Of a stretch of 46,807 nt of DNA, positions 7,393 to 16,164 are shown one piece after another; positions within the stretch are counted from its first letter, which is position 1, and each line of letters begins with the position of its first letter. The notes below the pieces were generated by a model that was not told the origin of the DNA, ran no database searches, and saw nothing but the letters and a program-made list of their open reading frames with translations. The DNA is from a virus. The DNA lies in the IMG/VR virus record IMGVR_UViG_3300013022_000001, positions 1 to 46,807 of that record; one strand, 5' to 3'. A program made the position numbers and the translations under genes.

Positions 7393-7742
7393 TGGCCACA
7401 ATCACACCCACCTCAGTTCGTGGCGCTGGTGCGCCTGGCACAATCGCCGTTACCGTGCTGACTGCATCTGACACGCTGGTATATAAACCAACTCAGTCTC
7501 AAGTTCTGATTCTGCGTAACGAAACTGGCGCATCAAAAACGGTAAATATTGATGGCGACAGCGCAACCACAATCTCACCATCGGGTTACGGTGGCACCAT
7601 TAGCGTTGCTGGCGGTAAGGACATCGTGATTGCAGATGGCGCGACATCGTTTGTCCGCCTGAGCGACATCAAGGCATTTCTGGCTGGTGTTATCGCTATT
7701 ACTGGCGGCACTGGCGTTGAAGCGATGCTGATTGAGCAGTAA
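7392..7742 (+). CDS. Hypothetical tail-module protein, 116 aa
   Basis: TAATG overlap with the major tail gene. Beta-rich and Gly/Thr-rich. Confidence 0.6.
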   Translation: MATITPTSVRGAGAPGTIAVTVLTASDTLVYKPTQSQVLILRNETGASKTVNIDGDSATTISPSGYGGTISVAGGKDIVIADGATSFVRLSDIKAFLAGVIAITGGTGVEAMLIEQ

Positions 7743-7747
7743 TAAAA

Positions 7748-7765
7748 AGGCCCCGAAAGGGGCCT
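7748..7765. terminator. Hairpin terminator between convergent genes
   Basis: Stem aggcccc / ggggcct with loop gaaa. The A-run upstream makes it stronger in the minus direction. Confidence 0.6.
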
Positions 7766-8411
7766 ACTTATTTGCCTCATAAACCGCCCTGGCAAATCCG
7801 CGAGGAGTAAGTGAGCGAAGCTGCTTTGTTTTGGTAGATGCTCCACCTAATGATTTCCACCCCCAGAAACAACCGATGTGCTCAACTGGTTTTTTCTCTG
7901 GCATCACGAATCCATTTCCCGCCCAGATGCATGTTTTCTTAGTGTACCCATCACGCGCAGGCATTTTGTGGTGAATCACTGGCTCAAAACCAGACATATA
8001 GCCGCCGTACTCAAACGGGTTAAAGTAATGCTGCGGCTTTTCCCACTCTGTCGATAACTTGCCAACAGGGTTTTCAACCATCCAAGGGCATGAATATTTA
8101 TCTCCAAGCCTTTTTGCTTCTTTTGCAAGAACAATAGCATGCTGAATATCACTAATTTCACGATCATGTTGCTCTCCCGACCCTGCAAGAAAAGTGCAGT
8201 CCGGGAAAGAGAAGATTATGTCTGGCTTAAGCGCGAAATCAAAATACTCTGTAATCCACGTATTCACATAATGGATATTGTCATGCTTCATCTTGACAAC
8301 ATACTCACCATGGTTAGCATCATCGGCGTTGAAACAGTAAACCTGATGACCCGCCATAGCCCACGGCAATCCCATAATTCCTGAACCATCGAACATGCTC
8401 CAGATAATCAC
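7764..8411 (-). CDS. Compact C5-cytosine-methyltransferase-like protein, 215 aa
   Basis: Motif I-like FDGSG, motif IV-like FPDC, motif VI-like ENPVG. The GTG start overlaps the upstream stop (GTGA). It is much shorter than typical Dcm enzymes. Confidence 0.5.
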   Translation of the reverse strand: MIIWSMFDGSGIMGLPWAMAGHQVYCFNADDANHGEYVVKMKHDNIHYVNTWITEYFDFALKPDIIFSFPDCTFLAGSGEQHDREISDIQHAIVLAKEAKRLGDKYSCPWMVENPVGKLSTEWEKPQHYFNPFEYGGYMSGFEPVIHHKMPARDGYTKKTCIWAGNGFVMPEKKPVEHIGCFWGWKSLGGASTKTKQLRSLTPRGFARAVYEANK

Positions 8412-8539
8412 AGAGATTCCCCGCTCATCATCTCAACCAGCGCCCTTGCCTTTTCTTGAGCCTCTTCTTTGCTGAATCCCTGGTCTACATAGAGTGCGCT
8501 GTAGTACTCAAAGTCAGCCTGCATTTCTCTGTCGTCCAT
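8408..8539 (-). CDS. Acidic small protein, 43 aa (MDDREMQADFEYYSALYVDQGFSKEEAQEKARALVEMMSGESL)
   Basis: RBS gagga 6 nt upstream. Translationally coupled on both sides. Not in the ORF track. Confidence 0.5.
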   Translation of the reverse strand: MDDREMQADFEYYSALYVDQGFSKEEAQEKARALVEMMSGESL

Positions 8540-8541
8540 GA

Positions 8542-8736
8542 TTATTCCTCATAGTTGTTATTGCTGGCCCAAACCATAGCCAGTAACCATCCGGCACCTG
8601 TGCAGCCAAGGAAGAAATTTAAAATAAATATTGAGCTACGCTGCTTGTGCTTAACCTTGTAAGCCTGAATGGTAGGCACAAAGTAAAGCAGCAAAGCCGC
8701 AACCACAAACAGGCCAAGAACGAAATAATTTTCCAT
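8542..8736 (-). CDS. Superinfection-immunity (T4 Imm-like) small membrane protein, 64 aa
   Basis: Two TM helices and the family-like motif NFFLGCTGAGWLLAMVWAS. Confidence 0.6.
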   Translation of the reverse strand: MENYFVLGLFVVAALLLYFVPTIQAYKVKHKQRSSIFILNFFLGCTGAGWLLAMVWASNNNYEE

Positions 8737-8767
8737 CTTCCAATCCTCTAAGTTATCTACTGCATTA

Positions 8768-8796
8768 AATCTACGTCACCATTAAACTGGAGTCAA
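8768..8796 (-). promoter_or_regulatory. Promoter TTGACT-17-TAGATT for the Imm / 43-aa / MTase operon
   Basis: The reverse complement reads ttgact ccagtttaatggtgacg tagatt. It contains the TGACGTAGAT box (8769-8778). Confidence 0.6.
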
Positions 8797-8799
8797 GCA

Positions 8800-8808
8800 T
8801 GTTATAAT
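8800..8808 (+). promoter_or_regulatory. Extended -10 promoter TGtTATAAT for the tail operon
   Basis: caTGtTATAATctcc lies 27 nt before ATG 8835. Confidence 0.55.
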
Positions 8809-8834
8809 CTCCGACAATAAAAAGAGGATAAAGC

Positions 8835-9536
8835 ATGCGCAACGCACTGACCGAAATTGGCGAGATGATCATTGGTTGCAATGATAAGCAATGGTTCCTC
8901 AAGCCGTCACTCCGCGCCATGATTAACATCGGCTCGCCACAGGATATCGTACATACTTACGCCGTGCTCAATGGCCTTGATGTGCGCAACGCCATTGAGC
9001 AGTGCATGAATGTTTTTGGTGGCGTTGTCCCTGTTTATGTTGCCAAGGCCATTAACACAAAACACTACCAGCGTAGCATTCTGAGTGCCGCTCAGGTCGT
9101 CATGCAGTCATGCTGCGATGAAGATTTAACTTTAATGGTAGGTGGCTGGAAGAACGGCAAGCGCGGCATGGTATATGTGCCGGGCCGAATGCCTGTTGGT
9201 GATATTGTTCGCCTGGCTAGCCACCTTATGGACCATGGCATTATAGGCAAATCCCCGCTTAAGCAACCGCAGCGGCATGCTGAAGCTGGGAAAACTACTC
9301 AGGAATTCCATGCCGTAGAATATATCTCATCTGCGCGTGCGCACTTTGGTATGACACGCGAACAAGCCGAAGACTTGTCCATGACTGAGTTACAGATGAT
9401 GATTAAGGCCAAATACCCTGAGCCTAAAGGCTACACCCGAGAAGAGTACGATTCACTGTACGAACAACGCAACAAGCTGCGCGCCGAGCGCCTGAAGAAA
9501 GAAGCTGAAAAGAAAGGAGCGCAGTTGAATGGCTAA
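8835..9536 (+). CDS. Putative tail assembly chaperone, 233 aa
   Basis: It immediately precedes and overlaps the tape measure gene. The C-terminal tail is charged. No G/GT-type slippery site or shifted ORF was seen. Confidence 0.4.
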   Translation: MRNALTEIGEMIIGCNDKQWFLKPSLRAMINIGSPQDIVHTYAVLNGLDVRNAIEQCMNVFGGVVPVYVAKAINTKHYQRSILSAAQVVMQSCCDEDLTLMVGGWKNGKRGMVYVPGRMPVGDIVRLASHLMDHGIIGKSPLKQPQRHAEAGKTTQEFHAVEYISSARAHFGMTREQAEDLSMTELQMMIKAKYPEPKGYTREEYDSLYEQRNKLRAERLKKEAEKKGAQLNG

Positions 9537-12303
9537 TGAAAATGCAGGCGGAATTTACTATGAGGTTGGTGCTGATGTAGCTGACTTGCTGACTGGTGCT
9601 CAGCAGGCTAATCGCGCACTTGATGATATTGGGCGCTCAGCAGACAGGACGAGCGCCAGATTAAAAAACCTTGATTCAAGCTCAAAGAGTACTGGTAAGG
9701 CAGTTGTGCGCGCTGCAAATGACAGTTCGCAGGCCGCTAAAACAATGGAAGCTCTTGGCAATGAAATTGCAATTCTTGAAGAGCGAAACAAGAATGGAGC
9801 AAGGAGTGCAGCAATTCTTTCTGCTGAATTGCGGGCTGGTGCGGGTGCTACAGCGGCGCAGAGGAAAGAAATTGGGCAACTGACTGGTCAGCTTTATGAT
9901 ATGAAGAATGCCCAGGACCAGGGCGCTCGGTCATCATCGGGACTAAAAACAGGCATCAGTGCTATTGCCGCAGCAATCTCCATTGGCCAGATAATCTCCT
10001 ACGCTAAAGCATTTCTTGATACAGCAGATGCGATGACGCAATTGCAGGCGCGTATTGACCGCCTTGTGCCGAGTGCTGAGCAGGGACGTGCGACATTCCA
10101 GGCGCTGTCAATGATTGCTTCGCAGACTGGTGCAAGCCTTCAGGATACCGCAAAGCTATGGGAACAGTTAACAACATCGCTAAAAACTGCTGGCGCTACA
10201 AACGGGCAGATTCTTGCGCTTACCGATACGCTACAAAAAATTGGCCGTATTGGCGGCTCATCCTCTGAAGAAATGGCAAACGCGCTCCGCCAGTTTGGGC
10301 AGTCTATTGCCAGTGGCACGATTCGCGCAGAAGAGTTCAACTCCATCCTGGAGCAGATGCCAGAGCTTGCACGCCAGATAGCTTCAGGTCTTGGTGTTTC
10401 AGTTGGTGAATTACGCAAGCGTATGCTTGAAGGTAAGTTGAGCGCCGAGGATGCGCTTAATGCCATTATGAAGCAAACCGGTAGTGTTAATGCTGAGTTT
10501 GAAAAGCTACCTCGCACAGTTGGCCAGGCCACAAACAGCATGAATATTGCTTTTGCTGATTTGGTTAAGTCAATCAACGATGCAACTGGTGCAAGTGGGC
10601 TAATGGTTCGCGTGATTGATGACCTGGCATCTGCTATCGATTACATGGCAGGCAAGACACAGACGGCATCGCAGCGCATGGCTGACCTAACAAGCACCGG
10701 CGAGATGTACTCCCGCCGCGCTAAAACATGGGCGGCTATTGGTTTGGATGGATGGTCAGAGCAGGCAGAAGGCATTAGCGTAGTCAGCAATAAAGCTGCC
10801 ATGCTGATTGGCGATCTAGACAAGGTAACAAAAGCTAATGCCGAAGCAACCAAGCCAATCAAGGTTAGCGGAACAGGAGACACCAAAGAAGTACAGAAGC
10901 TTGAAAAAACAACCAAGAGAAAACTTGAGCTTTCAAAACTGGAAGGCGAAGCCAGGGCAAGATTGCAGGCGCAGTATGATGCCGAGGATGCTGGCATTAC
11001 AGATTCAGCAAGAATCAAGAAGTTACAGGACGAATCAGCAGAAACTGCACGCAACACTGAGGAGCGCAAGAAAAACAACTCAGAGACTAAGAAGGGTCAG
11101 TCTCAGGCTGAATCTGCCGCTGCTGCTTTGGATAAGTTAAAGGCTAAAGCTGCGCTCATGGGGGACACCACTAGGGAGCTTTCTCGCGAACAGGCTATTC
11201 TCACGGCACAGCAATCGCTTGGCAAGGGTGCTACTCAGGAACAAATTAAACTTGCCGGAGAATATGCCGCGCAGGCATATGATACCGCTGCGGCATTGAG
11301 AGCTTCAGCTGAGGCCGATAAAGCTCGGTTGCAGTTGGCTGGTAAGTTTGACCAGATACAGAAAACCGCCAAGCCATCAATGGCTGCTGACAATCAGTTT
11401 AAAGAGCAGATGCTTACTATCGAGCAGTATAAGATGGCATATCCACAGAAAATTGCGGAGGCCGAAGCTGCACGCGCTGCTATTGAAAAGCAATACCGTG
11501 AGCAGCGTGTTGGGCTAATGTGGGCCGAGTGGAAGCAGCAAACTGAAGCTGCGAAACTATTTGGAACTGCCTTCGATGAGTCGCTAAACACGGTATCAAG
11601 CTCAATCACCGGTGTGCTGAATGGAACCCAGAGCCTGAATGACGCTATTTATAATGTGGCAAACACTGTGCTCAGCAGCCTGGTAAATTCATTCGTGCAA
11701 ATGGGAGCTGACTGGGTTCGCTCCGCTGTGATGGGCTCAGCCGCGCAGACATCAGCAATCGCAACTACAACAGCAGCTTCGGTAGCTGGAACTGCAACCA
11801 CTACAGCAGCCAGTACAGCAGCAGCGGGAACGACGATGGCAGCATGGTTGCCAGCAGCACTTGTGGCATCTATTGGCTCGTTTGGTGCGGCGGCGGTGGT
11901 TGGTGGCGCGGCATTGCTTGCTGCTTTTGGATTGGTAGCAGGTTTGTCCGGCAAGCGCAAGAATGGTGGACCGGTAACGGCTGGCGGCATGTATCAGGTC
12001 GGTGAAGGTGGCATGCCTGAAATCTATCAGGCTTCGAATGGTCGTCAATATATGATTCCTGGCGATAATGGCTCCGTAATCAGTAACCGTGACCTGATGA
12101 GCGGAAGCGGTCAGTCATCCGGCGGTCTGGTGGTGTACAATAACGTCACAAATAATAGCTCAGCAAACGTAACCACAAGTGCACAGCAGAATGGCGATGG
12201 CTCACTAACTATCAGCACGTTTGTTTCTGACATGAACGAGGGCGGGCCAATGTCTCAATCAATCGCAGCCAACTTTGCCACTCAACGTAAGGCGACAGAA
12301 TAA
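9529..12303 (+). CDS. Tape measure protein, 924 aa
   Basis: Long Ala/Gln-rich coiled-coil. Tape-measure core motif RQFGQSIASGTIRAEEFNSILEQMPELARQIA. Ala/Thr/Gly-rich TM-like segment near the C-terminus. Confidence 0.9.
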   Translation: MANENAGGIYYEVGADVADLLTGAQQANRALDDIGRSADRTSARLKNLDSSSKSTGKAVVRAANDSSQAAKTMEALGNEIAILEERNKNGARSAAILSAELRAGAGATAAQRKEIGQLTGQLYDMKNAQDQGARSSSGLKTGISAIAAAISIGQIISYAKAFLDTADAMTQLQARIDRLVPSAEQGRATFQALSMIASQTGASLQDTAKLWEQLTTSLKTAGATNGQILALTDTLQKIGRIGGSSSEEMANALRQFGQSIASGTIRAEEFNSILEQMPELARQIASGLGVSVGELRKRMLEGKLSAEDALNAIMKQTGSVNAEFEKLPRTVGQATNSMNIAFADLVKSINDATGASGLMVRVIDDLASAIDYMAGKTQTASQRMADLTSTGEMYSRRAKTWAAIGLDGWSEQAEGISVVSNKAAMLIGDLDKVTKANAEATKPIKVSGTGDTKEVQKLEKTTKRKLELSKLEGEARARLQAQYDAEDAGITDSARIKKLQDESAETARNTEERKKNNSETKKGQSQAESAAAALDKLKAKAALMGDTTRELSREQAILTAQQSLGKGATQEQIKLAGEYAAQAYDTAAALRASAEADKARLQLAGKFDQIQKTAKPSMAADNQFKEQMLTIEQYKMAYPQKIAEAEAARAAIEKQYREQRVGLMWAEWKQQTEAAKLFGTAFDESLNTVSSSITGVLNGTQSLNDAIYNVANTVLSSLVNSFVQMGADWVRSAVMGSAAQTSAIATTTAASVAGTATTTAASTAAAGTTMAAWLPAALVASIGSFGAAAVVGGAALLAAFGLVAGLSGKRKNGGPVTAGGMYQVGEGGMPEIYQASNGRQYMIPGDNGSVISNRDLMSGSGQSSGGLVVYNNVTNNSSANVTTSAQQNGDGSLTISTFVSDMNEGGPMSQSIAANFATQRKATE

Positions 12304-12779
12304 TGGCTATTCCTTACCCATCATGGCTCCCGCTGGCTCAGCGCGCCAGTAAGCAAATGACATTTGACACAGGCTTTCGCACTGACCAGCCTGCTGTTGG
12401 TGCGCCAGTTTTTCAAAAGCTGACGGATGACCTGAAAACACAGTGGAGTCTGAGCTGGATTTTTACACTCCAGCAGGAGCGTGCATTTCAGTTATGGCTT
12501 CGCAGCCCTGATTATCTTGATAACTGCGTTGAGTGGTTCACCATGCCGCTGGACATCGGCGGGAGTGGCTTACAGGAGCAGGAGCTGCATTTCACCTCTT
12601 ACCCTGTTCAGACATCAATCAATGGTGGCACTGTCACATGGGCAGCAACTGTCGTGGCGCGCGAGCTTCAGAACAGCGATGACGAATTTGACGATATCAT
12701 TATTGAGCTTTCGCCTGACTGGTATTCGTGGCTGGATGAGATTGTTAACCGTGACCTGCCCGAATATGAGGCCGCATAA
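12303..12779 (+). CDS. Minor/distal tail protein (lambda M position)
   Basis: TAATG coupling to the tape measure gene; gene order. Confidence 0.5.
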   Translation: MAIPYPSWLPLAQRASKQMTFDTGFRTDQPAVGAPVFQKLTDDLKTQWSLSWIFTLQQERAFQLWLRSPDYLDNCVEWFTMPLDIGGSGLQEQELHFTSYPVQTSINGGTVTWAATVVARELQNSDDEFDDIIIELSPDWYSWLDEIVNRDLPEYEAA

Positions 12780-13249
12780 TGCCGACATTCCGCGAGTATA
12801 AATCGACACGCCCAACCCGGGCTATGTATGACACTATCAGCTTCAGCCACACATCATTTGGCACCATCTATCTTGTTGCCAACCAGCAGAAGGTTATGGT
12901 TTTTGAAGGTCAGGAGTATCAGCCAGTAAGGATGGATGTTGTTGCGAGCCAGCAGAGCGATACACCCGTAATCACGGCGACCGTTAAGTTTTCGCGCCTG
13001 GCTCAGGACTTCAAACAGAAGCTGAAACTGTGGCGCGGTGCTAGCCGTGTTTCGCCGATAACGTGTACATACAAGCGTTATGATGCTATCGACCCCAATG
13101 CGCCTCTTAAGCCGTGGACGCTTTACGTTTCATCCGTATCTATGGATGACACTGACGTAACTGTTAGCGTGACGATAAAAAATCCGATGAACAATAACAT
13201 TTCGGTAATTTACACTGCCGATGAATTTCCTGGGCTAGTCAATGCTTAA
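12779..13249 (+). CDS. Minor tail protein (lambda L-like)
   Basis: Gene order and the gpL-like pattern FEGQEYQPVRMDV. Confidence 0.55.
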   Translation: MPTFREYKSTRPTRAMYDTISFSHTSFGTIYLVANQQKVMVFEGQEYQPVRMDVVASQQSDTPVITATVKFSRLAQDFKQKLKLWRGASRVSPITCTYKRYDAIDPNAPLKPWTLYVSSVSMDDTDVTVSVTIKNPMNNNISVIYTADEFPGLVNA

Positions 13250-13634
13250 AGAAGAATTCATTGAGATAACCATTGGAAAGCCCTGGTCCAACAGGTCCTG
13301 TAATTTCGAGCGCGTAGATTGCTGGGGTTTAGTGTGTCTTTATTTTTTGCATGTAAAGGGCATCAACATACATCACACTGATAAATATGATGCTGATGAG
13401 GATTTCTTTACGTGCTTCACCGAAGAGGTTTCGTTCTGGAGTCTTTGCGATACACCTCACTCAGCGGACATATTCGTTGGTTATGTTGGCAACATGCCTG
13501 CGCATGTAGGGCTTGTTATAAATGGCATGGCATATCACTCCCGAGCTGAATCAAGTCACGTCAGATTTGATAAGATAAGAACCATCGAAAGGCTCTTCAC
13601 TAAAGTGGAATATTATAATTATGCCGTTAATTGA
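13242..13634 (+). CDS. NlpC/P60-type tail assembly protein (lambda K-like)
   Basis: Cys-His signature VDCWGLVCLYF ... PAHVGLV. Gene order. Confidence 0.6.
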   Translation: MLKEEFIEITIGKPWSNRSCNFERVDCWGLVCLYFLHVKGINIHHTDKYDADEDFFTCFTEEVSFWSLCDTPHSADIFVGYVGNMPAHVGLVINGMAYHSRAESSHVRFDKIRTIERLFTKVEYYNYAVN

Positions 13635-16113
13635 AATTCAGCGCGTTCCTGGCATGCCAAAAGAGCGCCACAGAATTGGTGAAGGCGAAAATCTCCATGC
13701 CTGGCTTGAGAGCCAACCTTTGCATTCAGACGTCAGAATCACCCTGAATGGCCATGAGATTGGCGATGATGATGAGATTGATATCACCCTATCTGGGCAT
13801 GACCACGTTGTTATTTATGATCAGCCAAAGGGTGGTGATTTAATCAAGACTCTCCTTAATCCCCTTGAACATCTGAATCCTATTAAGTTTACTCAGAAGG
13901 TTTTTTCTGCGCTTCGCGGCGGTGCCAATTCAGCATCTTTCCCTGGTCAGGCAAAAACCTCACCTAACACCAGCCTTAAGCAACAAACTAACATTGCCCG
14001 CAATGGCGAGGCTCGTCCAGACAGTTACGGCCAAGTTCGTGCGTTTCCTGACCTTATCCAGGAATCATCCTTCGAATACATCAATAATATCAAGAAAGTC
14101 ACAGAGTGGATGGATTTCGGTATAGGGAGCTATGACATCACATCAGTAAGGTATTCAGAATCCAATCTCGGCTCATTTGCTGGTGCTTCATATGCCATCT
14201 ATCAACCAGGGCAGACAATACCGCTAATTACAGAGGTTTTCTCATTTGATGATATCGATGGACAGGAGCTACCTGGCCCTAATGAGAGTGGCAATTTCCC
14301 AATACAGACAGCAACAACAACAAACGTCACATCAGGAGAGTTTTCTGGTGGACAAGCACGGGTAACCATCCCCAAAAATTCTGCATTTGACTACTTTTAT
14401 GATCTGGCAAAGCCACACTCTGTTTCATTTATTATAAATCTTACTTACAACACGATTTCTGGGCCAGTCACAAGAAACGTTACTGTTTACGCTGATTTGT
14501 ATAACGCAACCACAACAACATCGGGAACACCTGCTGTTCAGTATTACAACTTCTTCTTTACAAACCTTGGTGGATCAGACCTTGCTGGCGTGCCATCTGA
14601 TGCAACAGTAAACACGACTATATTCACTATTAATGACAACCAGACTCTTTCAGTTGGGCCTTCATTTGCCCCCGTGCCTGCTGAGCAAATTTGGGTTCAT
14701 TTGAATGCACAGCTTGGCACTGGCGACTATGCAAGGGCAACGGTCACTTGGTGGAAGATTGATGATAACAATACCCAGATACCTGGTACAACAGAGGCTG
14801 TGAATGTTGGTCTAAATAATGATGGTGAAAATTCTGATAATAAATATGGAACTTTCAAATTTACGCCATCTGCTGGTTATGGACGATATGCAGTCCAGTT
14901 GGTCAGGACGAACAATAGCAATGCAACATCAATTTTAAATGTTGAGGCTATTCAGATGGTCAGGCAGCGAACGAATGTCGTTTATGCTAACGATACGCTG
15001 GTGACTGTTACAGTAACAGCTACTGAGCGAGCAACCAGTCAGCGTGAGCGTAAATATAATGCACTGATAACGCGCAAGACAATCTCATATAATCAATCAA
15101 CCGGCACTATTGATTACACACTAAGGGCATCAAGAAACTTTGCTGATGCTGTCATTCACGCGTGGATTGTAATCGCCGGGCTTCCGCTATCTCAAATTGA
15201 TGCACAGACTCTATATCAGATATCTTCATCTTTGCCTGATGCAAGGCTTGGATATTTCGACTACACGTTTGATGATGAAGATGTAAGCATTGGTGAGAGG
15301 ATTCAGACTATTTGTGATGCCGCGAGAGTTGTATGTTTTTGGGATGATGGCGTTCTTTCATTTGTCAGGGATGAGGAAAGGCCGTACCCGTCTACGGTGT
15401 TCAACACGCGCAACATGACTGCTGACCAGTACGCTATTACTTATGATATGACTCTGCCAGGTGGTTTTGATGGTGTTGAGATTCAGTATCGCGACCCATC
15501 AACGAATAAACAGGCATTTGTGCGCTATCGTGTTTCAGGTGATTCTGTTGTCCCTGGCAGAGGCAATAAGCAGAAAAAGATTTCCATGATGTTTATTCGC
15601 AATCTTTATCAGGCAACTGACAGGGCAATTCTTGAATGCCGCAGACTCATTTATCAGCGCCTTAGCATGAATATTACCGCGCTTGCCGATGCTGAGTGGT
15701 TAAACATTGGAGAGATGATCCAAGTTGTTGACATGTTTGATTCAAACCAGCAATCAGGCGAAATCCGAGGTCGCGATGGGGATGTTTTTTACACTTCAGA
15801 GGCAATTAACTTCACCCCAAATATGTATGTCGTGATAACAGACAGGCAAGGCAACGTTACGCAACGATATCCGGCCATGCCAGTTGATGGAAACAGGAAG
15901 GCTTTCCAGGCATCAATGCCGCAGATAGAACTTGCATTATGGGATGGTAAGAACGTTCAAAGTCCATCAAGGTATGCAATAGCCACTGATGAGGAATTAA
16001 ATAAAACTCTTTGGGTAATTTCCAGCAAAAACCCAGGTAATGGCGGTAAAAATACACTCTCAGTAAGCGAGTATAGTAACGAGATGTATAACTACACCAA
16101 CCCGGCAAGCTAA
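13621..16113 (+). CDS. Tail tip / host-specificity protein (lambda J-like), 830 aa
   Basis: Largest tail gene after the K-like gene. Its position matches J, but it is shorter than lambda J. Confidence 0.6.
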   Translation: MPLIEIQRVPGMPKERHRIGEGENLHAWLESQPLHSDVRITLNGHEIGDDDEIDITLSGHDHVVIYDQPKGGDLIKTLLNPLEHLNPIKFTQKVFSALRGGANSASFPGQAKTSPNTSLKQQTNIARNGEARPDSYGQVRAFPDLIQESSFEYINNIKKVTEWMDFGIGSYDITSVRYSESNLGSFAGASYAIYQPGQTIPLITEVFSFDDIDGQELPGPNESGNFPIQTATTTNVTSGEFSGGQARVTIPKNSAFDYFYDLAKPHSVSFIINLTYNTISGPVTRNVTVYADLYNATTTTSGTPAVQYYNFFFTNLGGSDLAGVPSDATVNTTIFTINDNQTLSVGPSFAPVPAEQIWVHLNAQLGTGDYARATVTWWKIDDNNTQIPGTTEAVNVGLNNDGENSDNKYGTFKFTPSAGYGRYAVQLVRTNNSNATSILNVEAIQMVRQRTNVVYANDTLVTVTVTATERATSQRERKYNALITRKTISYNQSTGTIDYTLRASRNFADAVIHAWIVIAGLPLSQIDAQTLYQISSSLPDARLGYFDYTFDDEDVSIGERIQTICDAARVVCFWDDGVLSFVRDEERPYPSTVFNTRNMTADQYAITYDMTLPGGFDGVEIQYRDPSTNKQAFVRYRVSGDSVVPGRGNKQKKISMMFIRNLYQATDRAILECRRLIYQRLSMNITALADAEWLNIGEMIQVVDMFDSNQQSGEIRGRDGDVFYTSEAINFTPNMYVVITDRQGNVTQRYPAMPVDGNRKAFQASMPQIELALWDGKNVQSPSRYAIATDEELNKTLWVISSKNPGNGGKNTLSVSEYSNEMYNYTNPAS

Positions 16114-16164
16114 GCGCTCGACATGATATACTGCACATTAAATTAAACACCAGAGAGAGCAGAA

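Noticed and set aside
8835-9536. Search for the canonical G/GT -1 frameshift of tail assembly chaperones
   Set aside because: No X-XXY-YYZ heptamer lies in the correct phase (GGG-AAA-ACT is out of phase). No extended ORF exists in the -1 frame.
9600-12048. Many antisense or alternative-frame ORFs inside the tape measure gene (for example 10140..10577, 10641..11078, 11649..11990)
   Set aside because: These are typical shadow ORFs of a long Ala/Gln-rich gene with biased codon usage. None has start signals.
13621-13840. The N-terminal ~70 aa of the J-like protein might be a fused lambda gpI-like (ubiquitin-like) tail assembly domain
   Set aside because: The idea rests only on gene order and a vague sequence impression. 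It cannot be supported without a profile search.
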